A program made the translations under genes and the position numbers. Below the pieces are notes generated by a model. The model searched no databases. It was not told where the DNA came from and saw only the letters and a list, made by a program, of their open reading frames with translations. Below are positions 1 through 14,994 of a stretch of 64,000 nt of DNA, piece after piece (the first letter of the stretch is position 1; each line of letters starts with the position of its first letter). The stretch lies in the NCBI GenBank assembly GCA_964016885.1, contig OZ024741.1, positions 110,670,001-110,734,000 of the forward strand, in the 5' to 3' direction. This DNA comes from Eledone cirrhosa (lineage: Eukaryota).

Positions 1-134
1 AGGGTTTTAGAGAAATATAAACATTTTAAAATTAAGTCTTATATCATAGAACCAGGCATGTTTTCAAGCTGTTTAGTATCAAAAGGGATAACTTCTTCTG
101 AGGACCATCATCATCATCAACATGATTTCATTAT

Positions 135-232
135 TGACTTTGCCTTTCATCCTTACGGAGTCGATAAAATAAAGTACCAGTAATGCACTGGGTATTTGCT
201 GGCCTTGTGCCTAAAATAGAAACAATTATTAT
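135..232 (+). mobile_element. Relic of a SINE with Nin/Deu-like central domain
   Basis: GACTTTGCCTTTCATCCTT.CGG.GTCGATAAAATAAAGTACCAG...GGCCTTGTGCCTAAA.TAGAAAC-(ATT)n. The same motif recurs at about 16240-16312(-), 17535-17680, 35040-35230(-), 36190-36320(-), 39260-39350 and 46570-46703. Confidence 0.65.
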
Positions 233-588
233 ATAAACTCAATTTTTTTTTATATCTATTATTACCACATTCTTGTAAAATGGGGACTTACACATTTTAG
301 CTGACAAAAATAGACCACAGCCTTTAAAAAGCCAAAATAACCAAATCTCAAAGGAACATTACAACACAAAATATGAACACGTGTGTGTATGAATTTTATA
401 CATGTATGTATATCTATATACTTACATACATGAATACATATACCTGTGTTTGTACATATTTGATACAACCGTATAGTTACTTCTTCTTTGTGTGATATAT
501 TATATGTATGTATGTTTGTACATATGTAATTATGTATTTGTGTGTGTCTATGCAAGCATGGAAAATAGATGTTGAATAGTGGTGACAT

Positions 589-893
589 ATCATCATCATT
601 TCATTTCATTTCATTTTACGTCCGCTTTTTCCCTGCTTGCAAGGGTGGGACGGGAACTGATTCTGGCTTGATTTCTACAGCTGGATGCCCTTCTTAACAC
701 CAACCTCATTTACAGTGAGTGCTGGGTCCTTTTTTTGCCGTGGCACCTCCACGACCACTCTACAGCTGAGTAAACTGGAGCAATGTGAAATAAAGTGTCT
801 TGCTCAAGGAAACAACATCACTTGCTCTGAGAATTGAACTCACAACCTTTTGATTGCAAGGTCAATGCTCTAACCACTAAGCCACATGCCTCC
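589..893 (-). mobile_element. tRNA-derived CORE-type SINE with RTE-derived tail (internally deleted copy)
   Basis: On the minus strand: A-box (TGGCTTAGTGG), B-box (GAGTTCAATTC), CORE-like CCTTGAGCAAGACACT...CAGTTTACTCAGCTGTAGA, RTE 3'UTR motif GTTAAGAAGGGCATCCAGCTGTAGAAA and a (TGAAA/TGA)n tail. It lacks the hairpin segment seen in the 46850-47195 copy. Confidence 0.85.
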
Positions 894-1006
894 ATGTATA
901 AATATATATGTCAGATATATATATATATATACAGATATTGCTATATGTATATATATATATATATATGTATATGTATATGTATATATATGTATATATGTAT
1001 ATGTAT

Positions 1007-1038
<32 letters not shown>

Positions 1039-1473
1039 GAATATGTATATATATATATGAATATGTATATGTATATATGTATATGTATATGTATATATAT
1101 ATATGTATATATGTATATATATATATGTATATATATATGTATATATATATATGTATATATATATGTATATGTATATATGTATATATATATATGTATATAT
1201 ATGTATATGTATATATATATATGTATATATATATATGTATATGTATATATGTATATATATATGTATATATGTATATATATATATGTATATGTATATATGT
1301 ATATATATATATGTATATATATGTATATGTATATATGTATATATATATGTATATGTATATATGTATATATATATATGTATATATATGTATATGTATATAT
1401 ATGTATATGTATATATGTATATGTATATATGTATATATATATATGTATATATATGTATATATGTATATATATG

Positions 1474-1504
<31 letters not shown>

Positions 1505-1615
1505 GTATATATATGTATATATATGTATATATATGTATATATATGTATATATATGTATATATATGTATATATGTATATATATGTATATATATATATATAT
1601 GTATGTATATATATG

Positions 1616-1646
<31 letters not shown>

Positions 1647-1887
1647 GTATATATATATATGTATATATATATATGTATATATATATGTATATATATATAT
1701 GTATATATATATATGTATATATATATATGTATATATATATATGTATATATATATATATGTGTATATATATATATATATATATGTGTGTATATATATATAT
1801 ATGTATATGTATATATGTATATATATGTATATATGTATATGTATATATATGTATATATGTATATGTATATATATGTATGTATGTATG

Positions 1888-1924
<37 letters not shown>

Positions 1925-1941
1925 GTATGTATGTATGTATG

Positions 1942-1974
<33 letters not shown>

Positions 1975-1983
1975 GTATGTATG

Positions 1984-2045
<62 letters not shown>

Positions 2046-2384
2046 TATATGTATGTATGTATGTATATATGTATGTGTATGTATATATGTATGTATATAT
2101 ATATATGTATGTATGTATATATATATGTATGTATGTATATATATATGTATGTATGTATATATATATGTATGTATATATATATGTATGTATATATATATGT
2201 ATGTATATATATATATATATGTATGTATATATATATATGTATGTATGTATATATATATGTATGTATATATATATGTATGTATGTATATATATATGTATGT
2301 ATATATATATATGTATGTATATATATATATGTATGTATGTATATATATATGTATGTATGGTATATATGTATGTATGTATGTATG

Positions 2385-2417
<33 letters not shown>

Positions 2418-2492
2418 ATATATATGTATACATACATATCTTTATATATATATATATATATATTATGTATACATACATATATATATATATAT
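894..2492. repeat. Interrupted (TA)n/(TATG)n microsatellite array
   Basis: About 1.6 kb of TA with G interruptions, grading into (TATG)n. Confidence 0.97.
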
Positions 2493-2553
2493 AGAAACAA
2501 AATGGCGTAGGATAGAAGAAAGGAAAGGCACAGAAACGAAGAAAGGAATCCCC

Positions 2554-2598
2554 AGTCACTGAAGAGGTCACAGAGTGTGTGACGAAAGGACTATGACT
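2554..2598 (+). ncRNA. Minimal type-I hammerhead ribozyme in a 320-bp island (2493-2812) between TA arrays
   Basis: AGTCA-CTGAAGA-g-GTCACA gagtg TGTGAC-GAAA-ggac-TA^-TGACT. Stem I (5 bp), the core, stem II (6 bp) and an NUH triplet (CUA) are present, with one extra G after the core. Confidence 0.7.
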
Positions 2599-2855
2599 AT
2601 ATATAAACAACTATCTGGTTGTAGAACCAACCAACCAACCAGAAATTTATAGGTTTGTAAATTTGTAAATTTATAAATATATAATAAATTGAAGTGAAAT
2701 CAACTGGTGCGTGTGTTTCTTATTGGCAACATGACCCTCCCAAAGTATAACAATATCGGTTTCAACACACGATTTCAGATAAAGAATCTTGCTAAACAAA
2801 TTCAGAAACGAAATATATATATATGTATATATATATGTATATATATATATGTATA

Positions 2856-4550
2856 TAGAAAGAGTTATAGCACAGCTGATTAGGGACCGGGTGAATATAG
2901 ACGAGATGCAATTTGGGTTTGTTCCAGGGAAAGGCACCACTGATGCGCTCTTCCTTGTGAGGCAATTACAGGAAAAGTACCTAGCTAAAAGTAAGCCACT
3001 CTACTTGGCATTTGTCGACCTTGAGAAAGCCTTTGACAGAGTTCCACGTGCAGTAATCTGGTGGGCTCTTAGAAAACTAGGAGTAGATGAATGGCTTGTG
3101 AAAGCGGTACAAGCCATGTATAGGGGAGCAGTCAGCAAAGTTAGGATTGGCAATGAGTATAGCGAGGAATTTAGCGTACAGGTTGGGGTCCACCAGGGCT
3201 CTGTTCTTAGCCCTCTCCTGTTCATCATAGTCCTGCAGGCAATAACGGAGGAGTTTAAGACCGGATGCCCATGGGAACTCCTGTATGCTGATGACCTCGC
3301 ACTCATAGCTGAATCTATGGTAGAACTAGAGAATAAATTCCAAACCTGGAAGCAGGGACTAGAGAGAAAGGGCCTCAAAGTCAACATGACAAAGACTAAG
3401 GTCCTTATAAGTAGACGAGAAAACAGAACCCAGATCCCCTCAGGGAAATGGCCTTGCTCAGTATGTAGGAAAGGTGTAGGTAGGAACTCCATTCTTTGCC
3501 CCAAATGCAAACAATGGGTACACAAGAGATGTAGCGGGATCTCAGGAAGCTTAATTAAGAATGTAGGATTCACATGCAGCAGCTGTGCTGAAACAGCAAG
3601 CAAACAGCCACAGGAAACAAGTACCACCAATCTCTGGGAGGGCCCTGTAGAAACAGTAGACAGCTTCTGCTACCTAGGTGACCGAATTAGCAACGGAGGT
3701 GGGTGCTCAGAAAGTACAATAACTAGGGTAAGAACGGGATGGAAGAAGTTTAGGGAACTACTACCACTGCTAGCTGCAAAAGGCTTCTCCCTCAGAATGA
3801 AAGGCAGACTGTATGATGCGTGTATCCGAACAGCGATGTTGCATGGTAGTGAGACCTGGGCGCTGAAGGTGGAAGACTTACGTAGATTAGAGAGAAACGA
3901 AGCCTGCATGCTCCGATGGATGTGTAACAGTAATATACGTGAACGACAAAGCATAAATGAATTGAGAGAGAGACTGAGCATAAGAGGAATCAAATGCTGC
4001 GTGCAGGAGAGGCGGTTACGCTGGTATGGACATGTGATGCGTATGAAGGATGACAGCTGCATAAAAAGGTGCAGAGCACTAGAAGTTGATGGAAACCGCG
4101 GAGTGGGGAGACCCAAGATGACTTGGGATGAGGTGATAAAAGCCGACCTTACCCAACTACACCTCTCAAAGTCAATGACACACGACCGTGACTTCTGGCG
4201 TCACGCAGTAATACAGGGTACCCGACCTCCCATGGGTACATGCTGAAGCATATAAACAATATGCCCCCCCCCCCCCACCGCAAGGTGGTCGTGGAGGTGC
4301 CACGGCAAAAAAGCACCCAGCCCACACTGTAAAGTGGACGTGTAGGCGCCACGAAAAAGCACCCAGCACTCACTGTAAATGAGGTTGGTGTTAGGAAGGG
4401 CATCCAGCTGTAGAAATCAAGCCAGATCAGTTCCTGTATGAGCAAGGCATGGTCAGCCGACCAGACACTGCCCACAACAGGACAACCCGTCTAACCCATG
4501 CTAGCGTGGAAGAACGGACGTAAAACGGTGATGATGATGATGATGATGAT
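2856..4550 (+). mobile_element. RTE-clade LINE, subfamily A, 5'-truncated (RT to 3' end)
   Basis: RT motifs [24 protein letters not shown] and LLYADD, then C-terminal [10 protein letters not shown]. The stop is at 4244-4246 and the 3'UTR ends in (GAT)n. Both ends abut TA arrays. Confidence 0.95.
2858..4246 (+). CDS. Truncated RTE reverse transcriptase with embedded PHD-type finger (open frame, no native start)
   Basis: Uninterrupted frame ERVIAQL...PPMGTC*. The N-terminal residues in the ORF track come from the island and microsatellite. Confidence 0.85.
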   Translation, partial: ERVIAQLIRDRVNIDEMQFGFVPGKGTTDALFLVRQLQEKYLAKSKPLYLAFVDLEKAFDRVPRAVIWWALRKLGVDEWLVKAVQAMYRGAVSKVRIGNEYSEEFSVQVGVHQGSVLSPLLFIIVLQAITEEFKTGCPWELLYADDLALIAESMVELENKFQTWKQGLERKGLKVNMTKTKVLISRRENRTQIPSGKWPCSVCRKGVGRNSILCPKCKQWVHKRCSGISGSLIKNVGFTCSSCAETASKQPQETSTTNLWEGPVETVDSFCYLGDRISNGGGCSESTITRVRTGWKKFRELLPLLAAKGFSLRMKGRLYDACIRTAMLHGSETWALKVEDLRRLERNEACMLRWMCNSNIRERQSINELRERLSIRGIKCCVQERRLRWYGHVMRMKDDSCIKRCRALEVDGNRGVGRPKMTWDEVIKADLTQLHLSKSMTHDRDFWRHAVIQGTRPPMGTC

Positions 4551-5266
<716 letters not shown>

Positions 5267-5268
<2 letters not shown>

Positions 5269-8200
5269 CATCATCATCATCATCAACGTTTAACGTCCGT
5301 GTTCCACGCTTGCATGGGTTTGGACGGGGGTAGTCCCACTTGAGGCAAGAGTGATTGTCTTGCTCGCATAGGACTGTCTGGCAGGTTTTCTACAGTTGGA
5401 TGCCCTTCCTAACACCAACCACATTTACAGTGTGGGTCTGGGAGGTTTTTACCGTGTTGCCTACACGGCCACATTACAGCGTGGACTGTGTGTTTTTTTG
5501 TCGTGACACCTACACGATCTCATTTGTTTCGGCCCGGATGGCGCGGCACCAACATAACTTTACATAGGACGGGGTGGTGTGGATGGGGTGGGGGTGGTGG
5601 TGGTGGGACGGGGTGTATTTTGTTAGAGATGCCTACTGGCAAGGCGGGTCTTCTCTGTTACTGAGTACCGCCAAAGGTCTCGGTCCAGTGATATTGTCTT
5701 GGAGAGGTGTAAGTGTGTGAGGTCGGAGTTTATCAGCTCGTCCCAGGTTTTTCTAGGTCTGCCTATTCCGTGGCTACCGTCTATCTTTATTGCCCTGCAC
5801 TTTGTTATACAGCTATCGACTTTCATGCGCATCACGTGTCCATACCAACGTAGCCTTCTCTCGAGTAAACAACATCTGATCCCTCTTATCTCTAATTTTT
5901 TCCTTAGTTCGTTTATGCTTTGCCGTTCACGTATATTACTGTTACACATCCAGCGGAGCATGCAAGCTTCGTTCCTCTCTAGTCTGCGTATATCCTCTGC
6001 ACACAATGCCCAGGTCTCACTGCCATGCAACATTGCTGTTCGTATGCAGGCATCGTACAACCTGCTTTTCATTTTTAGGGAGAACCCTTTAGCAGCTAAT
6101 AGTGGTATAAGCTCTCTGAACTTTTTCCAACCAGTTCTGACTCTAGCTACAGTACTTTCAGAGCACCCTCCCCCACTGCTGATTTTATCGCCCAGGTAAC
6201 GGAAGCTGTCCACTATTTCTATAGAACCCTCTGCGCAATTGAAAGAGCTAGTATTGTGTGGGCACTTGCTGCTACTTATTGCACCAGAACACCGGCCACA
6301 TGTAAAATCTATGTTCTTAGTTAGCTTACCTGTGATCCCACTACATCTTTTATGCACCCATACTTTGCATTTAGGACACAAAATGGAGTTTCTACCTACG
6401 CCTTTCCTACACACCGAGCACGACCATTTCCCAGAAGGGACCGCCGCCTTGTTTTCTTTCCTACAAACTAGAACTTTGGTCTTAGCCAGGTTAATTTTAA
6501 GTCCTTTTGACTCTAGGCCGTGCTTCCATGTTTGGAATTTCTTCTCTAGCTCGGCCATTGATTCCGCTATGAGTGTCAGGTCGTCTGCGTATAGGAGTTC
6601 CCATGGGCAGCCTGTCTTGAACTCCTCTGTTATAGCCTGAAGGGCAATAATAAATAGTAGGGGGCTGAGAACAGAGCCCTGATGGACGCCAACTTTTACG
6701 CTAAACTCTTCACTATATTCGTTGTTAATTCTAACCTTGCTGACTGTTTCTTTATACATGGCTTGTATAGCCCTCACAAGCCATTCGTCAACGCCTAGTT
6801 TTCTAAGAGCCCACCAGATAATGGAGCGGGGGACTCTGTCGAAGGCTTTCTCCAAGTCGACAAAAGCTAAGTAGAGGGGTTTACCTTTAGCTAGGTACTT
6901 CTCCTGTAGTTGTCGTACTATGAAAAGAGCGTCTGTGGTACTTTTGCCTGACACAAACCCGAACTGCATTTCATCTAGGTCAATTCTCTCTCTGATTAGT
7001 TGCGCTATTACTTTTTCTGTGACCTTCATGACCTGGTCGATTAATTTAATGCCTCTATAGTTACTCCTATCTAGGGCGTCTCCTTTACCCTTATAACAGT
7101 TAACGATGATGCTGCTATGCCAGTCCTTCGGAATAACCCCATTCTGTACGACTTGGTTAACTATGCGGGTGACCATGGTGTGTCCCACCGTGCCAGATGC
7201 CTTCAGCATCTCAGCAACTATTTCCGAAGGCCCAGCCGCCTTACCTGTCTTCATATCCTTGATTGCCTTACTTATTATACTCCCCTCGACTAACACTGCT
7301 GGTCCCTCTATTGGGTCGACATGGGGGAGACTGTCTTTCTCCCATTTATTCTCCTCATTTAGTAGCCTTTCATAGTGACACTTCCAAGCTGCCTTCTTAT
7401 CAGTGTCGGTGATGGCAAGTATGCCATCATCGTTAAGTACACACTTCTCCCCGACAATATCACGATTTTCCTTGACGCATTGCCTAGCAATCCTGAACAC
7501 CTCACGTTTTTGGTCATCGCGTTGTAGGACATGCTTGAACTTTCTTTCCTCAGCTTCCCTTCTTGCTAAGTACACTTCTCTCCTAGCTTCCCTCCTGGCC
7601 ACTTGATAGTCTACTCTACTTCCCCCATCCCGCCATACTTTCCAAGCCTGCTTTTTGGCCTTAATTGACTCCTCCACCTTACTGTTCCACCACCATGTTA
7701 CTCTCCTCCTGCCTACAGGCCTGCTCCAGCCACAGACTTCGTCTGTGGCCAACAGCAGGTTTGCTTTCAGAAATTCCCACTGTCCCTCTATATTGTCCGA
7801 CTCTAAGTGTTCTTCCTTACTGTCGAAAGCATCAAGTAATATGTTTTGAAATTTATTTTTGGCTGTGGGGTCCTTTAGCTTCCATATTTTTCTCCTGAGG
7901 ATAGTCCTCTTCTGCTGTCGAGTACGTCTCGACCTGACTATGAGGTCGCTAATTATCAGTCTATGTTGGGAGGTGCATTCTTCATGGGGGAGGGATTTAG
8001 TGTTTACAACAGACACTCTGTCACGTCTTCTGGTAAGGATATAATCTACCTGGCTTGTGTGTTCCCCGGATCTATAGGTGATCAGGTGATTGTCACGTTT
8101 TTTGAAGTTAGTGTTACAGATAGTTAGGTTATTTGCATCACAGAATTCCAGGATTCTGGAGCCTTCCTCATTTCTAGTACCAAACCCATAGCCTCCATGG

Positions 8201-8663
8201 ATTTCGTCGTAGCCGTCACAATGTTGCCCAACGTGACCATTTAGGTCGCCTGCAATAATTATATAGTCACTGTCAGATATTTGGGAGGTAGTGAGCATCA
8301 GTGTCTCATAGAATCTGTCTTTTATAGTGCCGGGCAGTCCGGATTGGGGTGCATACGCAGATATTACTGTCACCGTAGTTCTATTGAGGACAAGTCGTAT
8401 TTTAATTATTCTGTCGTTCACTCTATTTACGTCTATTATCTTATCCGCCCACTTTTCTGCTACCATGATTCCTACTCCACCCAGCCCATCGTCGTTTCCC
8501 ACCCAGAAAAGCTTATAACATCGTTTTTTACCCTCAATGAATCTAGCAGACCCACCCCTCCACCTGGTCTCTTGAATACAACAAACATCGACCTCCTTAC
8601 GTTCAAGCATTTCTACAACCTCGTTAGCGCGCCCCTTTAGGGTGCCTACATTTATGGTACCAT
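5267..8663 (-). mobile_element. RTE-clade LINE, subfamily B, near-complete ORF (APE endonuclease + RT), 5'UTR absent
   Basis: On the minus strand: [11 protein letters not shown]...[26 protein letters not shown] and SQHRL (APE endonuclease), then RT motifs to LLYADD. The 3'UTR ends in (TGA)n at 5267-5285. Confidence 0.97.
5623..8661 (-). CDS. RTE ORF: AP endonuclease, reverse transcriptase and PHD-type finger
   Basis: 995-aa ORF from 8610. The frame stays open upstream through GTINVGTL to the TA array. No internal stops. Confidence 0.93.
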   Translation of the reverse strand, partial: GTINVGTLKGRANEVVEMLERKEVDVCCIQETRWRGGSARFIEGKKRCYKLFWVGNDDGLGGVGIMVAEKWADKIIDVNRVNDRIIKIRLVLNRTTVTVISAYAPQSGLPGTIKDRFYETLMLTTSQISDSDYIIIAGDLNGHVGQHCDGYDEIHGGYGFGTRNEEGSRILEFCDANNLTICNTNFKKRDNHLITYRSGEHTSQVDYILTRRRDRVSVVNTKSLPHEECTSQHRLIISDLIVRSRRTRQQKRTILRRKIWKLKDPTAKNKFQNILLDAFDSKEEHLESDNIEGQWEFLKANLLLATDEVCGWSRPVGRRRVTWWWNSKVEESIKAKKQAWKVWRDGGSRVDYQVARREARREVYLARREAEERKFKHVLQRDDQKREVFRIARQCVKENRDIVGEKCVLNDDGILAITDTDKKAAWKCHYERLLNEENKWEKDSLPHVDPIEGPAVLVEGSIISKAIKDMKTGKAAGPSEIVAEMLKASGTVGHTMVTRIVNQVVQNGVIPKDWHSSIIVNCYKGKGDALDRSNYRGIKLIDQVMKVTEKVIAQLIRERIDLDEMQFGFVSGKSTTDALFIVRQLQEKYLAKGKPLYLAFVDLEKAFDRVPRSIIWWALRKLGVDEWLVRAIQAMYKETVSKVRINNEYSEEFSVKVGVHQGSVLSPLLFIIALQAITEEFKTGCPWELLYADDLTLIAESMAELEKKFQTWKHGLESKGLKINLAKTKVLVCRKENKAAVPSGKWSCSVCRKGVGRNSILCPKCKVWVHKRCSGITGKLTKNIDFTCGRCSGAISSSKCPHNTSSFNCAEGSIEIVDSFRYLGDKISSGGGCSESTVARVRTGWKKFRELIPLLAAKGFSLKMKSRLYDACIRTAMLHGSETWALCAEDIRRLERNEACMLRWMCNSNIRERQSINELRKKLEIRGIRCCLLERRLRWYGHVMRMKVDSCITKCRAIKIDGSHGIGRPRKTWDELINSDLTHLHLSKTISLDRDLWRYSVTEKTRLASRHL

Positions 8664-8668
8664 ATATG

Positions 8669-8699
<31 letters not shown>

Positions 8700-8703
8700 T
8701 ATG

Positions 8704-8758
<55 letters not shown>

Positions 8759-8759
8759 G

Positions 8760-8790
<31 letters not shown>

Positions 8791-8851
8791 GTATATATAT
8801 ATGTATATATATATATGTATGTATATATATATATGTATGTATATATATTTA

Positions 8852-9461
8852 TGTCAGGTCACCAGTTGGTGCTACTGGTAACATGTATCCCAGTACAACC
8901 TGTCTCATGGTCGGGTCGTTGGCGACTAAACTGGCAACCCCACCAAGGTTTCTTGGTGAGGAGGGTGACTTTGGACATCCTGCAGGACTAAAAACAAAAC
9001 CTGTCAAAGGGCAAAGGAGCTCTTAAGAGTCAATGGCCATCCAAAATCACCGGGAGAGATGACCCCTTAGCCTTTGTCAAGGCAGAATTCTAGGAGAAGG
9101 AAAACTCTGATATAACACCTGCAACCCTGATGGTATCCAATGATGTTGACTTGTTCTTCTTTTTGGTAAATATCATCTTGGTTAAGAGAGTGGGACTGGC
9201 TTTGTGCAGTGCCTTTGCTCACTATAAAAGCTTCACGGCACAGGCATTGCTTTGTATCTGGAGATCTCTCTGCACTTGTCGTCACATGGTACCATGGGCC
9301 CAACACTGTGTGTCAATAATTGTCACAAGTGTAGTCTTTGTACCAGAGTTTTCGGGTCGCTGGCTGGACTAGAAAGTCACACTCGTTCAGCGCATCAGTG
9401 GGGGTTCTCCTACATGGATATAAAGTAGTGGCCGTACTCGAAAACGAGTTGGCAGCCGCCA
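8852..9461 (+). mobile_element. Bipartite non-autonomous RTE derivative (5'UTR-like part fused to a C2H2-encoding 3' end)
   Basis: The 5' part carries GGCAG..TCTAGGAGAAGGAAAACTCTGA, which I recall from RTE 5'UTRs, and has a diverged homolog at 15688-15870(-). 9324-9428 encodes [24 protein letters not shown]...*. It ends with a CTCG-AAAA-CGAG hairpin followed by an ATGT/AT run. Confidence 0.7.
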
Positions 9462-11433
<1,972 letters not shown>

Positions 11434-11780
11434 AAAGACTTTGCCACCAGATCTACCAACCTAACACTCTTATTTACCTACCTAAGTGCCTCTACCACAC
11501 ATATCTCTCTGCCACACTATATAAACAAGACGCACATGCGTGCCACACATATAACATTTGCACTATATAACCACTTATCTTCATGTTGTACTTTAACCTA
11601 TATCTTTGATTTTTGATTGTACCTCTTAATATAAATGTAATCTCGAAGTGTGTACTGCCACTCTAAATTCTGTAATGAATGTTGACCCACAATGTTTGAA
11701 TATGTATCAATGTTTGAATATGTATTGGTATGTCTCTCGGCTGAAAAGGAGGTCATATAACTGTCCATGCATTAATAAAT

Positions 11781-11827
11781 TGCTCCGAAGAATCCAAACC
11801 TCGGTTTGGAGGAAACAGCTGTAAGCA
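11781..11827 (+). ncRNA. Minimal type-I hammerhead ribozyme (core variant CCGAAGA) in island 11434-11877
   Basis: TGCT-CCGAAGA-aTCCAAAC ctcg GTTTGGAg-GAAA-CAGCTG-TA^-AGCA. Stem III is palindromic and the cleavage triplet is GUA. Confidence 0.75.
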
Positions 11828-11877
11828 CAATAATGTTTTGAACAGTTCTTTGATTCTTATATTTCATATATTTCATA

Positions 11878-11879
11878 TG

Positions 11880-11928
<49 letters not shown>

Positions 11929-12009
11929 GTATATATATATATGTGTATATATGTATATATATATATGTGTATATATGTATATATATATATGTGTATATAT
12001 GTATATGTG

Positions 12010-12040
<31 letters not shown>

Positions 12041-12059
12041 GTGTATATATGTATATGTG

Positions 12060-12090
<31 letters not shown>

Positions 12091-12109
12091 GTGTATATAT
12101 GTATATGTG

Positions 12110-12142
<33 letters not shown>

Positions 12143-12145
12143 GTA

Positions 12146-12236
<91 letters not shown>

Positions 12237-12237
12237 G

Positions 12238-12284
<47 letters not shown>

Positions 12285-12301
12285 GTATATATATATGTAT
12301 A

Positions 12302-12360
<59 letters not shown>

Positions 12361-12907
12361 GTATATATATATATGTATATATATATATGTATATATATAT
12401 ATGTATATATATATATGTATATATATATATGTATATATATATATATGTATATATATATATGTATATATATATATGTATATATATATATGTATATATATAT
12501 ATGTATATATATATATGTATATATATATATGTATATATATATATATGTATATATATATATGTATATATATATATGTATATATATATATGTATATATATAT
12601 ATGTATATATATATATGTATATATATATATGTATATATATATATGTATATATATATATGTATATATATATATGTATATATATATATGTATATATATATAT
12701 GTATATATATATATGTATATATATGTATATATATGTATATGTATATATATATATATGTATATATATGTATATATATGTATATGTATATATATGTATATGT
12801 ATATATATGTATATATATGTATATGTATATATATGTATATGTATATATATGTATATGTATATATATGTATATGTATATATATGTATATGTATATATATGT
12901 ATATATA
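11878..12907. repeat. Interrupted (TA)n array
   Basis: About 1 kb of TA with regularly spaced G. Confidence 0.97.
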
Positions 12908-13650
12908 GCAATATCTGTAGGTGTGAAAAAGGGCAAAGGAAAACAGGGTTCAATCAGGAAGAGAGCTGATATATTATATTATTCATTTATACTCATACAT
13001 GAAACAAAAGTGCTATTTAAGGTTTCAAGGGCCAATATTGAAAGTAGGAAGGGTCAAAATTGTGAGCTTATTTTCAGGTGCTTATACAAGTTTATAAGAT
13101 ACCGTTAAAAGCATTGCGTGCTAAAACCACTAGTTTATGAAAAACATATCATAACAAGACATGGTGTCTCTATCTTAGTGAGAAATTCAGAATATTAACG
13201 GTTTGTCATCTCCGAACAATAATTATTTGAACTGAAAGAGCGAAAGTTTTAGAGGATGCCTCTATCTCAAGACAACTGCTTGCAAAAGTGGAAATACTCA
13301 ACAAATGATTTTCAACCATTTTAATTTGATTTATATACTTTCTTAATATCTTTGCGTTCTCTTCCTTCTCTTCCTTTTTCCACACTTACATAATACAGTA
13401 CACCTTTTATACTACTCGACTCTATATCTTGATAAATATTACCATCTCTGTATTACATACCACCACATAATATTATATAGCCTACGAACACTAACACATT
13501 CAAGATTTCGCTAGTTCAGATTTACATGTTGGAATTATTTGCCTTTGTTATAAACTCATATAAATGCCTGAAGATTAGGTCACAATTTTGAAACCTTAGG
13601 TAGCACTTTTGTTTCATGATGAATATAAATAAATAATATTATATTATATA
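12908..13650 (+). mobile_element. Decayed Penelope-like element end: GIY-YIG C-terminal remnant with pLTR and inverted pLTR
   Basis: Inverted repeat 12970-13098 vs 13547-13650, both arms with degenerate hammerheads (13563-13608: TGC-CTGAAGA...GAAA-CCTTAGG-TA-GCA). Between them lies KVLEDASISRQLLAKVEILNK*, which resembles the R/K..LE...I...LN end of PLE endonucleases. Confidence 0.65.
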
Positions 13651-13749
13651 TATGTATGTTTAGAGGTAGGTAAAATACCGACCATGGTCTCCTTGGTCTC
13701 AGCTCTGCTGCAGACTCTTTCTCTCTCTCTCTATGTATATATATATCTT

Positions 13750-13818
<69 letters not shown>

Positions 13819-14994
13819 GTATATAATACACACACTCACATATAATATTCATGTTTATTATTGTGTTAGCTAAATCTGAAGATAATAATTACAGCTACAG
13901 TTGAATGATTATCAGATAAGCGTTTCTTCTTTTCTTATCATCGTTTTCTCATCACACCATATTACTAAAAAAATGAAACAAGTAAAACAGATGTTATTTT
14001 CAGAAATACTAGACAGCTCATCAAAATAGCATCGCTGTATTTTCTCATCCCTACTTGAGATAACATCCTATTTATCTCCCTTGATTACTTTACCTCTCCT
14101 ATCTGTCTCTGTAGATTATATTCTCAGATTAGTCGGTACAGACAAATGTTTTTTTTGTATTTAGTTTTTGGGCTGTGATGGATTTTCCTCACCCTTCTAT
14201 TGACACTGATGAAGGAGTGAATTTAATTAATTAATTGATTTTGTCAGTAATTTGAGCTCACAAAAAAAGGAAGGTTTTTTGCCTGATTGAGAGAGATTTA
14301 CTCACTAATACACTATAAACCAACTAATCTTTTAACTGTTATCTCTTCACCCTTTTATGACTGTATTTCTAATGAAATACACTCTATTTCAATTAAAGAT
14401 TTAAAGGTTTACTAAAATTGTTAATTATTTCATTATTAAGATAACTTAATATACAGTTAAGATTTTAAGTTAAATAAGAACTATTTAATATGGGTGATTT
14501 TGTTTCAAAGAACCAGAGGTAGTTTTTTTCTTCTTTTTTTTTGTGGGTTGGTATCAGAAGTGTTAATCTGTATTCACGGAACAGAGTCTAATCCCAGAAC
14601 CAACATTATATTGAAATCTCCTTAGCTCTTTTTGATATCAACCCACCCAAAATATTGCTCTTACTATGAAACAAAACTAACCCTTTTTAAAGCATTGCTG
14701 TTTAAATATAAATTTGCAACATAATTTCATATAGGAACTTTTTAAGTTATGTTACAAACGCCATCTTAAATACAATGTAATTAACAATTTTAGCAAATAC
14801 CTCTAAATTATTCATTAATTAATTCAAAAACAGTTCAAGTCATTAGAAATATTGTAATGTGTTAAAACGTATTAATAGCATAACACTAAAACTTAAATAA
14901 TTTACTCTGTATACTCGACTGTAAGCTGCACCTTTTTTCATATATTCCAGCTTCAGAAAGCCAGCTAGCTACTTATCTACTTTACCCTTCCCAT

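Noticed and set aside
877-2610. Long YIYI/ICIY ORFs here and at 4.5-5.3, 9.3-13.1, 19.8-21.0 and 60.3-61.9 kb
   Set aside because: They are translations of TA microsatellites that lack stop codons, open in several frames at once.
8852-8940. HDV-like ribozyme at the 5' end of the bipartite RTE (GACTAAACTGG could pair with CCAGT)
   Set aside because: I could not build a consistent P1/P1.1/P3 nested pseudoknot by eye; it needs a descriptor search.
8852-9461. Reading this block as the 5'UTR of the minus-strand RTE-B
   Set aside because: The C2H2 remnant, terminal hairpin and UTR motif all read on the plus strand.
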